Origin: an uncultured Gammaproteobacteria bacterium | Lineage (GTDB): Bacteria > Patescibacteriota > Microgenomatia > UBA1406 > GWC2-37-13 | Length of the DNA stretch: 64,000 nt | Reading direction: 5' to 3' | NCBI GenBank assembly: GCA_964620925.1 | Contig: CAZUKL010000003.1 | Location: 4,230 to 68,229, forward strand | Part shown: positions 52,938 to 62,188 of the stretch, one piece after another | Layout of the letters: every line of letters begins with the position of its first letter | Position numbering within the stretch: position 1 is the first letter of the stretch | Notes under the pieces: generated by a model | Told to the model about the DNA's origin: nothing | Seen by the model: the letters and a program-made list of their open reading frames with translations, nothing else | Database searches by the model: none | Position numbers and translations under genes: made by a program

Positions 52938-53217
52938 GATGATGCTCTGCAATCTACCATGTACAAATAATTTTGAATTAAAATTTGAAACTGATATTGT
53001 TTGATATTGGAAATTGAATTTTGTACATTTGTCTCTTCCATGTCCATCCACTCTATCCACTTTATCAATCCCGAGCGTGCCACACGTCGTCAATATGTCG
53101 AGATGGGTATCTTGATTGTGCTCTCCTTGATTGCGGTCGGGTTTATTTGGTGGGTACAAAATGGCTACACTTCCAACTTCTTAGAAACACTAGAATGAGT
53201 CATGAGTGGATCCGTTA

Positions 53218-54936
53218 TCATCTTTTCTCCACTGCATACAGCGTGTTGCGTATGGAGATGTGGCCTGGCGCACGAAGGTTGAAGATCTGTTTAAACTCTG
53301 AGCCGGAGATGGTGATGTCGCCTCTGTTTGTGGAGAATCTCATCTCACTCGTAAAGCCTTCTTTGGAAAAGCTTTGGCTTGCGCCAGAAACCTGTGAGTA
53401 CCTCCCCCCATATTTGTCAGAGATGCTTGCGAGCTCATCCATGCTGTAGGGATTGCCACCTGACCCTCCGATCGAGCAGCGGTTGATGGTGACGGGGACG
53501 ATGCGATCAACCTCCTCCCTTGATCCATTTTTACGCACGTTCCATGCATTGAGTATGTCGGCCATCTCATTTTCAGAGATCCAGGGGTGCGAGCGACCAC
53601 AACTATCCGAACTGTTGCTATACGCCACCCGATACCACGCTTTGTAAAACCACGGCGACCGCGCTTTCTTTTCCCATGCGGTATTGAGGAAATCAGTTCC
53701 TTGTCCATCAGTCGTATCCCATCCTGAAGAAGTTAGATAGCCTCCAGTGGTAGATGAGTAAAATGCTTTTGCATACTCGCCCCCATCTTTCAGTACTACC
53801 CCTTTTGTTTCATCCACTGCTTGTCGCCACGCGTCTGGCACATTTGCTGCCTTTGAGGGCGAGTGGACTTGGCAGCTTTCAGTGGCGCAAATCTCTCTGC
53901 TTAGGCTGTCTGTATAACGAAGCGCATACGTGCGCGCAAGGATCGCTTGAGCCTTGAGTGCCTCTTTATTCCAGCTTGACGGCATCTCGGCCAGACCATA
54001 GAGATATTGGGTCTCAAAATTCATGGATCCCATGCCTGTCACCGTGATGTTTCCGCTAATCTCCCCTTTTTCTTCGAGGGTGCCACTTGGGAAATATGCC
54101 TTGAGGATGTCTCTAAAGTTTTGTCCTGCATCGGCACGTGCTTTGGCTCCATACTGACTCATACCCAGGCGATGGGTATAAGCACCTATAGAAAAGAATG
54201 CAAAGGCGGGACTAAATCCAGGATTGTATGCCGATGAGGCATTTGCATCATCTGACAGATCATCGTTGTTCGCACTCGCCGTAAACTGAGCAGAGCGCGC
54301 GTCGATGATGGATTTTTGTCTGGCGGATAGTACGGCAATTTTCTTTGAGAGCGTGTCTTGATAGTTCTTTGCGCCTATGATCTCTCCCGCGAGAAATGAG
54401 CTTTGTCTCGCCAGCTCGGCTTTAAACGTGTCGAGCTTGATCTGGTGCTCCTCGAGCTTGCGTTGCTCCTCTTCGGTATTTTTGATCCTGATGGCGAGAA
54501 GGATCATATTTTTTTGCCTGCCTTCCACAAGCTCTTTGTTTTTTTTATTCAACAACGACACTTCGGCAAAGGAGGGGCTGAAAAGATCAATGATGGTAAA
54601 CCCCCGTTGAGATACTACTTGTTTATAGTGCGAAGTGATTGCATCTTCGAGTTGTTTGTGATTGAGGGACAGTTTTTGGTCGCCACTTTGTATGGCGAGT
54701 CGCTTATCTTGCACCGCCACCTCCAGCTGATCAACAGCGGTGCGTATCTGATTGATTCGTTGAGTGAGTTGTTTGAGCTGGGTTTCGTTTGTGCGCGTGG
54801 CGCTGACTGAGGAGTCCAGATCACGCTTAGTGTCCTCAAGTTGTTTGGTGATCGTATCAAAATCATCTGCACGCACCGCATACGGAACCATAAAAAACAA
54901 TAGAAAGGAAATGGCGAGGAAAACGATCGTTCGCAT
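53218..54936 (-). CDS. SpoIID/LytB domain protein with N-terminal coiled coil
   Basis: Signal peptide and a long coiled-coil region. SpoIID core YLYGLAEMPSSWNKEALKAQAILARTYAL...CATESCQV. Confidence 0.75.
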   Translation of the reverse strand: MRTIVFLAISFLLFFMVPYAVRADDFDTITKQLEDTKRDLDSSVSATRTNETQLKQLTQRINQIRTAVDQLEVAVQDKRLAIQSGDQKLSLNHKQLEDAITSHYKQVVSQRGFTIIDLFSPSFAEVSLLNKKNKELVEGRQKNMILLAIRIKNTEEEQRKLEEHQIKLDTFKAELARQSSFLAGEIIGAKNYQDTLSKKIAVLSARQKSIIDARSAQFTASANNDDLSDDANASSAYNPGFSPAFAFFSIGAYTHRLGMSQYGAKARADAGQNFRDILKAYFPSGTLEEKGEISGNITVTGMGSMNFETQYLYGLAEMPSSWNKEALKAQAILARTYALRYTDSLSREICATESCQVHSPSKAANVPDAWRQAVDETKGVVLKDGGEYAKAFYSSTTGGYLTSSGWDTTDGQGTDFLNTAWEKKARSPWFYKAWYRVAYSNSSDSCGRSHPWISENEMADILNAWNVRKNGSREEVDRIVPVTINRCSIGGSGGNPYSMDELASISDKYGGRYSQVSGASQSFSKEGFTSEMRFSTNRGDITISGSEFKQIFNLRAPGHISIRNTLYAVEKR

Positions 54937-55083
54937 ACATTCATTTTAGCAGTATTTTTGTCTGTTGACTTGATTCTGACTGCGCTTATACAGTATGATG
55001 AACTCATGTCTATAGACATCGCCCCCTCTGTTGCACTGCCATTTCTGTCATCCCCGCGGACGCGGGGATCCAATAGAAGTAGA

Positions 55084-55821
55084 ATGGGGAGTTTTGTGTG
55101 TAAACCCCTCACTATCATCGTCATGCTGATCTTAGCGATGCAAATGGGGATACCTACCGCTCACGCAAAACGCTATGCCTCTACGGACCTCTGTGGACTC
55201 ACCATCGAACCACATGATCCTCAAGGTCCAGTTACGGGGCGTGATTGGGATTTTAAACGTCACAAGGTAGCAAAAGACTCGGCTTCACTTGGAAAGCCGG
55301 TGATACCCCAGGCATGGGCAGCGTGTGTAAAGTGTCTATATGATGTGCCAAAAACATTTCCTGCTTCGGTGAGCGGTGAAGAAGCGCTCGAAGCGCTCGT
55401 GATTTCAAATATAGACTACACCCTCGCGATACAGGAACCCACGCCAAAGCCAGGGGAACCAGCCGCGCCAGTGATCACCGACACCGGCCTCCCTCCAGCG
55501 CCAAAAACAGGCACTTACTACACTCAATTTGGTTGTTTCGATCTGGGTGGTGAGGGCTCTGAGTATGACAATCCAAATGTATCTGCAAATGTCATAGGGA
55601 GACTCCTTACCATGATCCAGGGGGTGACTGGAGCCATAGGTTTTGCCTACTTTGTATATGGAGCATTTATGGTCCTCACCAGTCAAGGCAACGTAGACAG
55701 GGTAAAAGCTGGCAAAGATGCCATCAAAAATGCTCTGCTTGGTACCATCTTCACCATTCTTTCGGTGTTTATCGTCCAGTTTATCGCAAGCACCGTCCTC
55801 GCCATACCCGGGATACAATAA
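55084..55821 (+). CDS. Secreted protein with C-terminal T4SS-pilin-like module
   Basis: Signal peptide from the ATG at 55084. C-terminus VIGRLLTMIQGVTGAIGFAYFVYGAFMVLTSQGNVDRVKAGKDAIKNALLGTIFTIL. Confidence 0.5.
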   Translation: MGSFVCKPLTIIVMLILAMQMGIPTAHAKRYASTDLCGLTIEPHDPQGPVTGRDWDFKRHKVAKDSASLGKPVIPQAWAACVKCLYDVPKTFPASVSGEEALEALVISNIDYTLAIQEPTPKPGEPAAPVITDTGLPPAPKTGTYYTQFGCFDLGGEGSEYDNPNVSANVIGRLLTMIQGVTGAIGFAYFVYGAFMVLTSQGNVDRVKAGKDAIKNALLGTIFTILSVFIVQFIASTVLAIPGIQ

Positions 55822-55849
55822 TCTGGCTCTGGATTACAATAGAGTCACC

Positions 55850-56533
55850 ATGAAAGATCCGTTGTGTGCCGTCACCATCTTAATCGCTGCATACAATGAA
55901 GCCCCCGTTATTGGCCAGGTTCTCGATGATTGTCGCTCTCATGGCTTTGATCATATACTAGTGGTTGATGATGGCTCCACCGACGATACTGCCAAAGCGG
56001 CGACCAACAGTGGCGCGACGGTTATCTCACTCCCTCTCAATTGTGGCAAATCTGCAGCAATATCAACAGGATTCCAATATCTTGCTCGTCGTGTCACCCC
56101 TCCGAGCATAGTAGTGCTTATGGATGCTGACGGTCAGCACCTCGCCAAAGATATCAGTGCTCTCATTGGCCCAATAAAGAATTCGCCCTATGTCGATTTG
56201 GTTTGTGGAGTTCGCAAGATTGCAAGGGGCACCCCTTTGATAAATCGGCTTGGTCGTTTGGGAGGAGATATCATCACCTGGCTCCACACAGGGCGCTTTT
56301 TTCCCGATTCTCAGTGTGGGTTTCGGGCCCTCAGGTTGAAGCGCTTTGAGGGATTTGAGCAGGAGGGTACTGGCTACGCCATTGAAACACAGCTGCTTGA
56401 TTTTGTATTAAAAAAGGGGTTGAATTTTGTCACTGCCCCCGTGAGTAATGTATACACTCCCTATTCTATGAAAAAGGCACACAAACAAGGAATGTTGCAA
56501 GGACTCAAAACATTGGTATCATTGCTCAAATAG
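55850..56533 (+). CDS. Family 2 glycosyltransferase
   Basis: VTILIAAYNEAPVIG, VVDDGSTDDT, MDADGQH. TACAAT lies 9 nt upstream of the ATG. Confidence 0.8.
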   Translation: MKDPLCAVTILIAAYNEAPVIGQVLDDCRSHGFDHILVVDDGSTDDTAKAATNSGATVISLPLNCGKSAAISTGFQYLARRVTPPSIVVLMDADGQHLAKDISALIGPIKNSPYVDLVCGVRKIARGTPLINRLGRLGGDIITWLHTGRFFPDSQCGFRALRLKRFEGFEQEGTGYAIETQLLDFVLKKGLNFVTAPVSNVYTPYSMKKAHKQGMLQGLKTLVSLLK

Positions 56534-56535
56534 CT

Positions 56536-56877
56536 ATGAACAGTCTCAATCCCATACTTTTTTTCGTCGGGCTCGTGGCGCTCTCAAGCGTCATCTCCTC
56601 GATCAGGCACTATATCAGTCGCGACAGGGGATACACACTCCTCCAACTTTCTGTGCAAGTGGTCATTGCTATCACGATCATGGTCGTCGCCTGGTTTCCC
56701 CAATCAGCACGTGCAGTTACAAGATACTTGGGCTTTGGGGACAACTTGAATACGCTGATATTTGTGGCATTCATAGCAGTATTTTTATTTATCTACAAGC
56801 TCTCGCGCGTTATAGAAGCGCTTGAGTCGCGTATTACCAAGTTGACACAAGTCGTCGCGCTTTTGGAAAAAAAATAG
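56536..56877 (+). CDS. DUF2304-like small membrane protein
   Basis: 113 aa with 3-4 TM helices, immediately after a GT2 gene (a common pairing). Confidence 0.45.
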   Translation: MNSLNPILFFVGLVALSSVISSIRHYISRDRGYTLLQLSVQVVIAITIMVVAWFPQSARAVTRYLGFGDNLNTLIFVAFIAVFLFIYKLSRVIEALESRITKLTQVVALLEKK

Positions 56878-56880
56878 CGT

Positions 56881-58446
56881 ATGCGCATAGCACTCATCGC
56901 ACTCTACTACAAGCAGCCCCAATATGTGGAGGCATGTCTCAACTCTCTCCTCTCTCAATCACATAAGTCCATGGTATTTGCAGCTGACAATGCATCAGGT
57001 GACGGGGAGATTGAGCGAATCAAATCCACGTACCCCTCAATCATCACCAGAGTGATGGAGAAAAACTATGGATATGCAAAGACATACAACATCATGCTTG
57101 CCGAATGTTTTGGTCAGGGATATGACGCCTGTATTGTGATAAACATGGATACAGTAGCCGATCTACACATGGTTAAGGAACTGGTAGCAAGCTACAGGCA
57201 GGCGAAAAAAACTGGTATCAAGGTGGGCCTTCTCCAACCAGCCATACTCCTTATGTCCGATCCGTTAAAAATCAACACTATTGGCAATGCCATACACTGG
57301 ACGGGTTTTGGATATTGCCCTGACTACAAAAAATCCGTTTCGATCATTCCCAAAAGGGATGCTGTAATAACCTCGGTAAGTGGGTGTTGCATGTTTATTT
57401 CGAGAGAATACTTTGAAAGGGTGGGAGGGCTTGATGAGCGGTATTTTATGTATATGGAGGATCAGGAGTACTCGATCAGAGGACGGTCGCTAGGCTATGT
57501 CCATCTTTTATCGACCAAGTCACGGGTCCTGCACGATTACACATTCAAGATAAGCTTTGGGAAGATGATGATGATGGCGAACGGGTGGGTTGTTTCTCTG
57601 GTTACTCCCACGACCAGAGCACGCGTGCAGAGAATCCTCTTTATTTTTGAATTCCTGTGTTCCCATTTGGTGAAGGGAGTATTTGTATATAAAGACTATA
57701 TTTCTCTACATATAAAACTATTTATGAGTAGAGTTGGTGCAGTTGCGCAGATGCGAGATGGCGCTCGATATGACGTGAGATCTGGATACTTTGACATTGC
57801 CACGCTTGATCAGATATATATTGAGCACGTATATGACCCGCCTGGGTTTGAATTGCGGGACACTGATGTGGTGTTTGACGTGGGAGGATATATAGGAGAC
57901 TATGCGGTCTACGCAGCGCGTCGTGCTCAAAAAGGACATGTGTACTCATTTGAGCCAGTGTTGGAGACATTTCAATTACTAAAGAAAAATAAGGATCTGA
58001 ATGCACTCTCAAATCTTTCTTGTTTTCAACATGGGTTGTCAGATAAAAATCGCACTGTGGTTTTTCATACAGGTACACATGTAGCTCAGCCAGGTGCCAG
58101 CGAATATGCGTTAGATAAAATGGGTTATGACACGAGTGGGTATAAAAAAGAGTCAGTAGTACTTCGTAGATTCGACGAGGTGACTCGCGAACTTGGTATC
58201 CAGCAGATTGACGTTTTGAAGATAGACTGTGAAGGTGAAGAATTTGCATTACTCTATGGTATGGACACATCGCTCTTACAAACATGTCGCATATGTTTGA
58301 TCGAGTATCACAACATACACACTAATCCAAAGTTCCATAGCACAGCGCTCTGTCACCACCTCACAGACTGTGGGTTTGGGGTGAAATCAAAGCCATATCA
58401 TCTAGCAACACATACCGGTATGATATATGCTAAGAATTTGGTTTGA
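56881..58446 (+). CDS. Fusion of GT2 glycosyltransferase (N) and FkbM-family methyltransferase (C)
   Basis: N-half: ALYYKQPQY..., MYMEDQEYSIR (GT2_7/rhamnosyltransferase-like). C-half: VFDVGGYIGDYAVYAARRA..GHVYSFEP...GLSDKN (FkbM). Confidence 0.7.
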   Translation: MRIALIALYYKQPQYVEACLNSLLSQSHKSMVFAADNASGDGEIERIKSTYPSIITRVMEKNYGYAKTYNIMLAECFGQGYDACIVINMDTVADLHMVKELVASYRQAKKTGIKVGLLQPAILLMSDPLKINTIGNAIHWTGFGYCPDYKKSVSIIPKRDAVITSVSGCCMFISREYFERVGGLDERYFMYMEDQEYSIRGRSLGYVHLLSTKSRVLHDYTFKISFGKMMMMANGWVVSLVTPTTRARVQRILFIFEFLCSHLVKGVFVYKDYISLHIKLFMSRVGAVAQMRDGARYDVRSGYFDIATLDQIYIEHVYDPPGFELRDTDVVFDVGGYIGDYAVYAARRAQKGHVYSFEPVLETFQLLKKNKDLNALSNLSCFQHGLSDKNRTVVFHTGTHVAQPGASEYALDKMGYDTSGYKKESVVLRRFDEVTRELGIQQIDVLKIDCEGEEFALLYGMDTSLLQTCRICLIEYHNIHTNPKFHSTALCHHLTDCGFGVKSKPYHLATHTGMIYAKNLV

Positions 58447-58513
58447 GGGCGACACTCTCAAGCAAAAAGTATAAGACTGTAAGAAGTAAAATACTTCGCT
58501 TGATTACTCTGGT

Positions 58514-60262
58514 TTATTTTCGTTCCAAAATATCACCACCAAATCTCCTACGAAGATTTGGTATATGCTGCAGGTACTGCCCCGCAGTACCCATCCCATC
58601 AAGAAGAATTGGTTTTTCATTTGCTAATTCTGACTTTTCAACTGCATCAAAAAATTTTGACATATTGTTGTGAGATATATGGTACTGTTGGATGCGAAAA
58701 TTCGACCTGTAAAGCTCGGGAACATCTCCAAAAAGTGCATAGCTTAAGGTCGTCCATCCCCATAAACCAACTGGAAAAATAGATCTCCCTCTGGTTTCGC
58801 CCCATCTCTCGTAAACCAGAATCCATTTCTTTTGCTCTCCAGCATTAAAATAATTTATTTTCCCATTAAAAATCATGAGGGAAGTATCATATCCTCGAGT
58901 GGTGTATCCATCTCCGCTAAACACCATGTAGGTTACTATTGATGCGGTGATGGTGAGGACTATAAATACGACTATGGCTATAGTAGCTGACTTTTCTATA
59001 ACAGCGTCAACAGTAGAGGTGATAAATACCAGAATCATAGGCAAACCAAGCACGCCTAGTGTCCAATATGACTTGAAGAAATAGTAGGTTAAGTTGTTAG
59101 TTTTGGCAAAAGTGCTCACGGCAGTTGCCACCATCTGCACGAGAGTGAGACCTATCAGCATGGTGAGTGCCGATGATAGATTCCTGTTTAAATTTCTTTT
59201 TTTGAAAATCAAAAGTACCGGTCCCATAAGAGCCAATACAAACCCATCTATCAATACAAACGATACTCCATATGCTTCAATCTGTTCGCCGATTCTTAGA
59301 TTAATGTGAAACATCAAAAGGGGGATTGTTCCGAAGACAATGAGTGGATATGCCAACCTCATTGGCTTGCTTCCCGTACGGATGTGTGTCCAAAGTGTCA
59401 AAGCAAATCCAAGGGGAATAAACAAGTAGTAAGTGACACCGAGGGAGAAAATAAGGGTTGAGAAATAAATTGATTGCATGTGGTCCGCGCTCTTTTTTCT
59501 CATCACATCGTCACTCATGAGTAGTGAGGCAATAAGTAGGTTATAGGCGATGAGTTGACTATAAAATCCATACGTAAAAAGTCGTAAATAAAACTGACCT
59601 GCAATCACAAATACGCCAAAAATGATCGTGAGTGGGAGAGAGTAGATTGATTTTGTCGCGCCCAAACGATCTGAAATGAGATGTATTCCACACAATAGCA
59701 TCAGCAGCTGAAACAACATGATGCTGTTATGCACATTAAACAAGTGTCGCAAGTCTATGATTGGTGGGTGGGTGGGTAGCGTCATGTTGTATATATAGTT
59801 CACAAATGAGTAGAGCCCATATGGATACCATTTCATGCCTGGAGAATACATGCCTCCCTCCATCATCTTTTTAATTTGAGGACTATTAAAAAGCATGTTT
59901 CCTTCTTTTATACTAATCACACTAAGGGCAATATGGTTCATGTTGTCGTCGTTTGTACCTACGGTCACCAGTGAACCTTCATAAGAGAGCATGCGTACGG
60001 CATTAAAAATTACGACTCCAAAAACCACCATCATCACTATCGTTGCAGACACCATTCCATAGGGAGGAGGGACCTGTGCCAAATCTCTTTCCTTACCAGA
60101 CTGACGCCAGTAATAGATTGCTAAAAAAATGGCAACAAACGCGGTGATTGGCCAGAAAGAAAGTTTCTGCAAGGCGACAAATGATGTGGTATTTGCAACC
60201 ACTACTGCGCTGATAAAGAGTGCATTGAATTGGAATATGCCCAAGTAGAATCTGTACAACAT
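58514..60262 (-). CDS. Polytopic membrane protein (582 aa), possible glycan polymerase/glycosyltransferase-C type
   Basis: About 14 hydrophobic helices, A+T-rich, adjacent to the glycosylation genes. No specific motif. Confidence 0.4.
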   Translation of the reverse strand: MLYRFYLGIFQFNALFISAVVVANTTSFVALQKLSFWPITAFVAIFLAIYYWRQSGKERDLAQVPPPYGMVSATIVMMVVFGVVIFNAVRMLSYEGSLVTVGTNDDNMNHIALSVISIKEGNMLFNSPQIKKMMEGGMYSPGMKWYPYGLYSFVNYIYNMTLPTHPPIIDLRHLFNVHNSIMLFQLLMLLCGIHLISDRLGATKSIYSLPLTIIFGVFVIAGQFYLRLFTYGFYSQLIAYNLLIASLLMSDDVMRKKSADHMQSIYFSTLIFSLGVTYYLFIPLGFALTLWTHIRTGSKPMRLAYPLIVFGTIPLLMFHINLRIGEQIEAYGVSFVLIDGFVLALMGPVLLIFKKRNLNRNLSSALTMLIGLTLVQMVATAVSTFAKTNNLTYYFFKSYWTLGVLGLPMILVFITSTVDAVIEKSATIAIVVFIVLTITASIVTYMVFSGDGYTTRGYDTSLMIFNGKINYFNAGEQKKWILVYERWGETRGRSIFPVGLWGWTTLSYALFGDVPELYRSNFRIQQYHISHNNMSKFFDAVEKSELANEKPILLDGMGTAGQYLQHIPNLRRRFGGDILERK

Positions 60263-60278
60263 AGCATGTATAGCATAC

Positions 60279-60310
60279 TAAAAAAGAGGCCCGCTTGCGG
60301 GCCTCTTTTG
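60279..60310 (-). terminator. Rho-independent terminator downstream of the pilin gene
   Basis: On the minus strand: AGAGGCCCGCAAGCGGGCCTCT followed by TTTTTT. Confidence 0.75.
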
Positions 60311-60323
60311 AGAGTCAAATTAC

Positions 60324-60806
60324 TTATCTCGATACAGAAATGGAGGTTAGCTCAGCTGAAGGAGCATTAATGTCAAATCTTCCCGTTGAGTTGATTGATA
60401 GTTCAAATCCTGTATTAAAATTCGCGCAGCTGGTCCAAGCGCCTGTGGTTGGATCGGTTGGCAGTTTTACGATATAGTTGATAGCTGAAACTGTCGAGGT
60501 CGCAGACAAGCCTGTTAGTATGTAACAAAGAGATTGCATTGGTGAGGTTGCACTTTTTATTGAGGTAAGGGCTGGTGTGTCATCTAGGGTCGACACGGTG
60601 AAGGGCAGCGATCCTCTGTTGTCTACCAACATCTGGGATATGGCGCTTCCAATAGCGCTTATGCCCGATGATCTTGATGTGTCATTTGCAAGTTTAAACT
60701 GTCTTGCGGGGTTTATGGCTACGATGGTGATCGAGAGCAAAATGCCCACAATGCCGATAACAACCAAAAGTTCGATGAGGGTAAAGCCTTTGCGATTCTG
60801 CAACAT
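60324..60806 (-). CDS. Type IV pilin / pseudopilin with prepilin N-terminal methylation motif
   Basis: MLQNRKGFTLIELLVVIGIVGILL (the G/FTLIE cleavage-methylation motif). Confidence 0.85.
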   Translation of the reverse strand: MLQNRKGFTLIELLVVIGIVGILLSITIVAINPARQFKLANDTSRSSGISAIGSAISQMLVDNRGSLPFTVSTLDDTPALTSIKSATSPMQSLCYILTGLSATSTVSAINYIVKLPTDPTTGAWTSCANFNTGFELSINSTGRFDINAPSAELTSISVSR

Positions 60807-60885
60807 AAGTGTATGTGAATAAATAGATTTGATATGGTAAGACTACTATACTCTGCACCTACTTGTCAAGCGAGTTGATAAAAAC

Positions 60886-62124
60886 CTACAATGATGCTGG
60901 CGGGCTAGCTATTTGAGATATGGGTTCAAGGGTCGCGCTTGGGCTGCTTGGTGGCGCGGTGGGTGCACTGCTGGTGACTGGTATGGGGGTAGCTGTGGGC
61001 AACCCTCCAGGGGGGGCAATCAGCTGGATGATGGCGGTAAATATATTCATGGGGCCTGCGGTGATATCAGGTGCAAAGCTGGATTTAGTTAGCACGTCCG
61101 CTATAGCTTTTTGGGTAGGTGCATCACTTTTGTCCGAATAGGTGATGGCGTTTTTTCTGTTGGTCGTATCAGTGAGCTCTGTCAGGCTCACCTCATACCC
61201 TGCCGATTCAAGGCTCGCCTTGAGAGTTTGTGCAAATGCTACCGCGAGAGTTGCGTGCTGAATCTCTATCTTTCCAGTTGTTTTTGCAGTAACCAGCTCG
61301 GTTCCAGGTGATGGTAAGGCGCTTGAATCTAGTGAAGTTGGTACTTTTTGAGGATTCACTCGTACCACTTCAGATGGTTGTGCACGCCTGATGCTCGCAT
61401 ACTGCCAATACATCACTCCTCCTCCCATCATCATCATAACCAGCACCGCTACGACCGCTACCATAGGGTTTACTTCGGTGCGCGAGAGTTCTGCCACTGC
61501 CTCTGCGGTACGCTTTGGGGCCTCGGTCACCTTATCTACGTCAAACTCAAAGAGCTCATGCCCTTTTTGGGTAGCAAGCTCTATAAATATGCGCCCTATG
61601 GCAATGATATTTTTAGTGGGGTCGCCAAGCTGTGGCAGCTGCATGTCGGCGATGGCTTCGTAGGGAAATACTGCTTCTTTTGCAAATCCTCCCATATCAA
61701 ATGAGTAGGTCACTCCATTGAGAAGCTCACGGTTGGTCACCAAGAGTTTGGTTTTGTGGGGTGTGGTGAGTTGTACCGCTACTACCTTTTGAAAGGGAAC
61801 CGAATCAATGAAATTACTCAGGCCAGTCAATGTCCGTGTCTCAGGGGTAAAGTCTTTTTTAAAACAAATTGAGGGAGACACCACATAAATCACCTCCGTG
61901 GGTTTGAGTCCAGATGTTTGGACCCACTTGACCATCCAACCTCGAAAGAGTTCGCGGTCTATCACATCCCCGTCGAGTACATGACTGGGGGGATATTGAC
62001 ACATGGTTATATGCTCCTCGGGATAGGAGATGATGATGCATTTGTCACGATCAATGATCACCACGTGTTGGTGGATGATTTCAATCTTTTTTGCCTGCTT
62101 TTTGGTTAGTGTTAAGCCAAACAT
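60886..62124 (-). CDS. Hypothetical pilus-cluster protein with one central TM helix and Pro/Ser/Thr-rich tail
   Basis: 412 aa with TM MVAVVAVLVMMMMGGGVMYW. Location between pilin genes. Function not recognisable. Confidence 0.4.
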   Translation of the reverse strand: MFGLTLTKKQAKKIEIIHQHVVIIDRDKCIIISYPEEHITMCQYPPSHVLDGDVIDRELFRGWMVKWVQTSGLKPTEVIYVVSPSICFKKDFTPETRTLTGLSNFIDSVPFQKVVAVQLTTPHKTKLLVTNRELLNGVTYSFDMGGFAKEAVFPYEAIADMQLPQLGDPTKNIIAIGRIFIELATQKGHELFEFDVDKVTEAPKRTAEAVAELSRTEVNPMVAVVAVLVMMMMGGGVMYWQYASIRRAQPSEVVRVNPQKVPTSLDSSALPSPGTELVTAKTTGKIEIQHATLAVAFAQTLKASLESAGYEVSLTELTDTTNRKNAITYSDKSDAPTQKAIADVLTKSSFAPDITAGPMNIFTAIIQLIAPPGGLPTATPIPVTSSAPTAPPSSPSATLEPISQIASPPASL

Positions 62125-62188
62125 ACTCTGCCTTACAGCATACCAGATCGCAGTAGATCAGATCAACTGAAGTTGGCTGTTGGCAATG

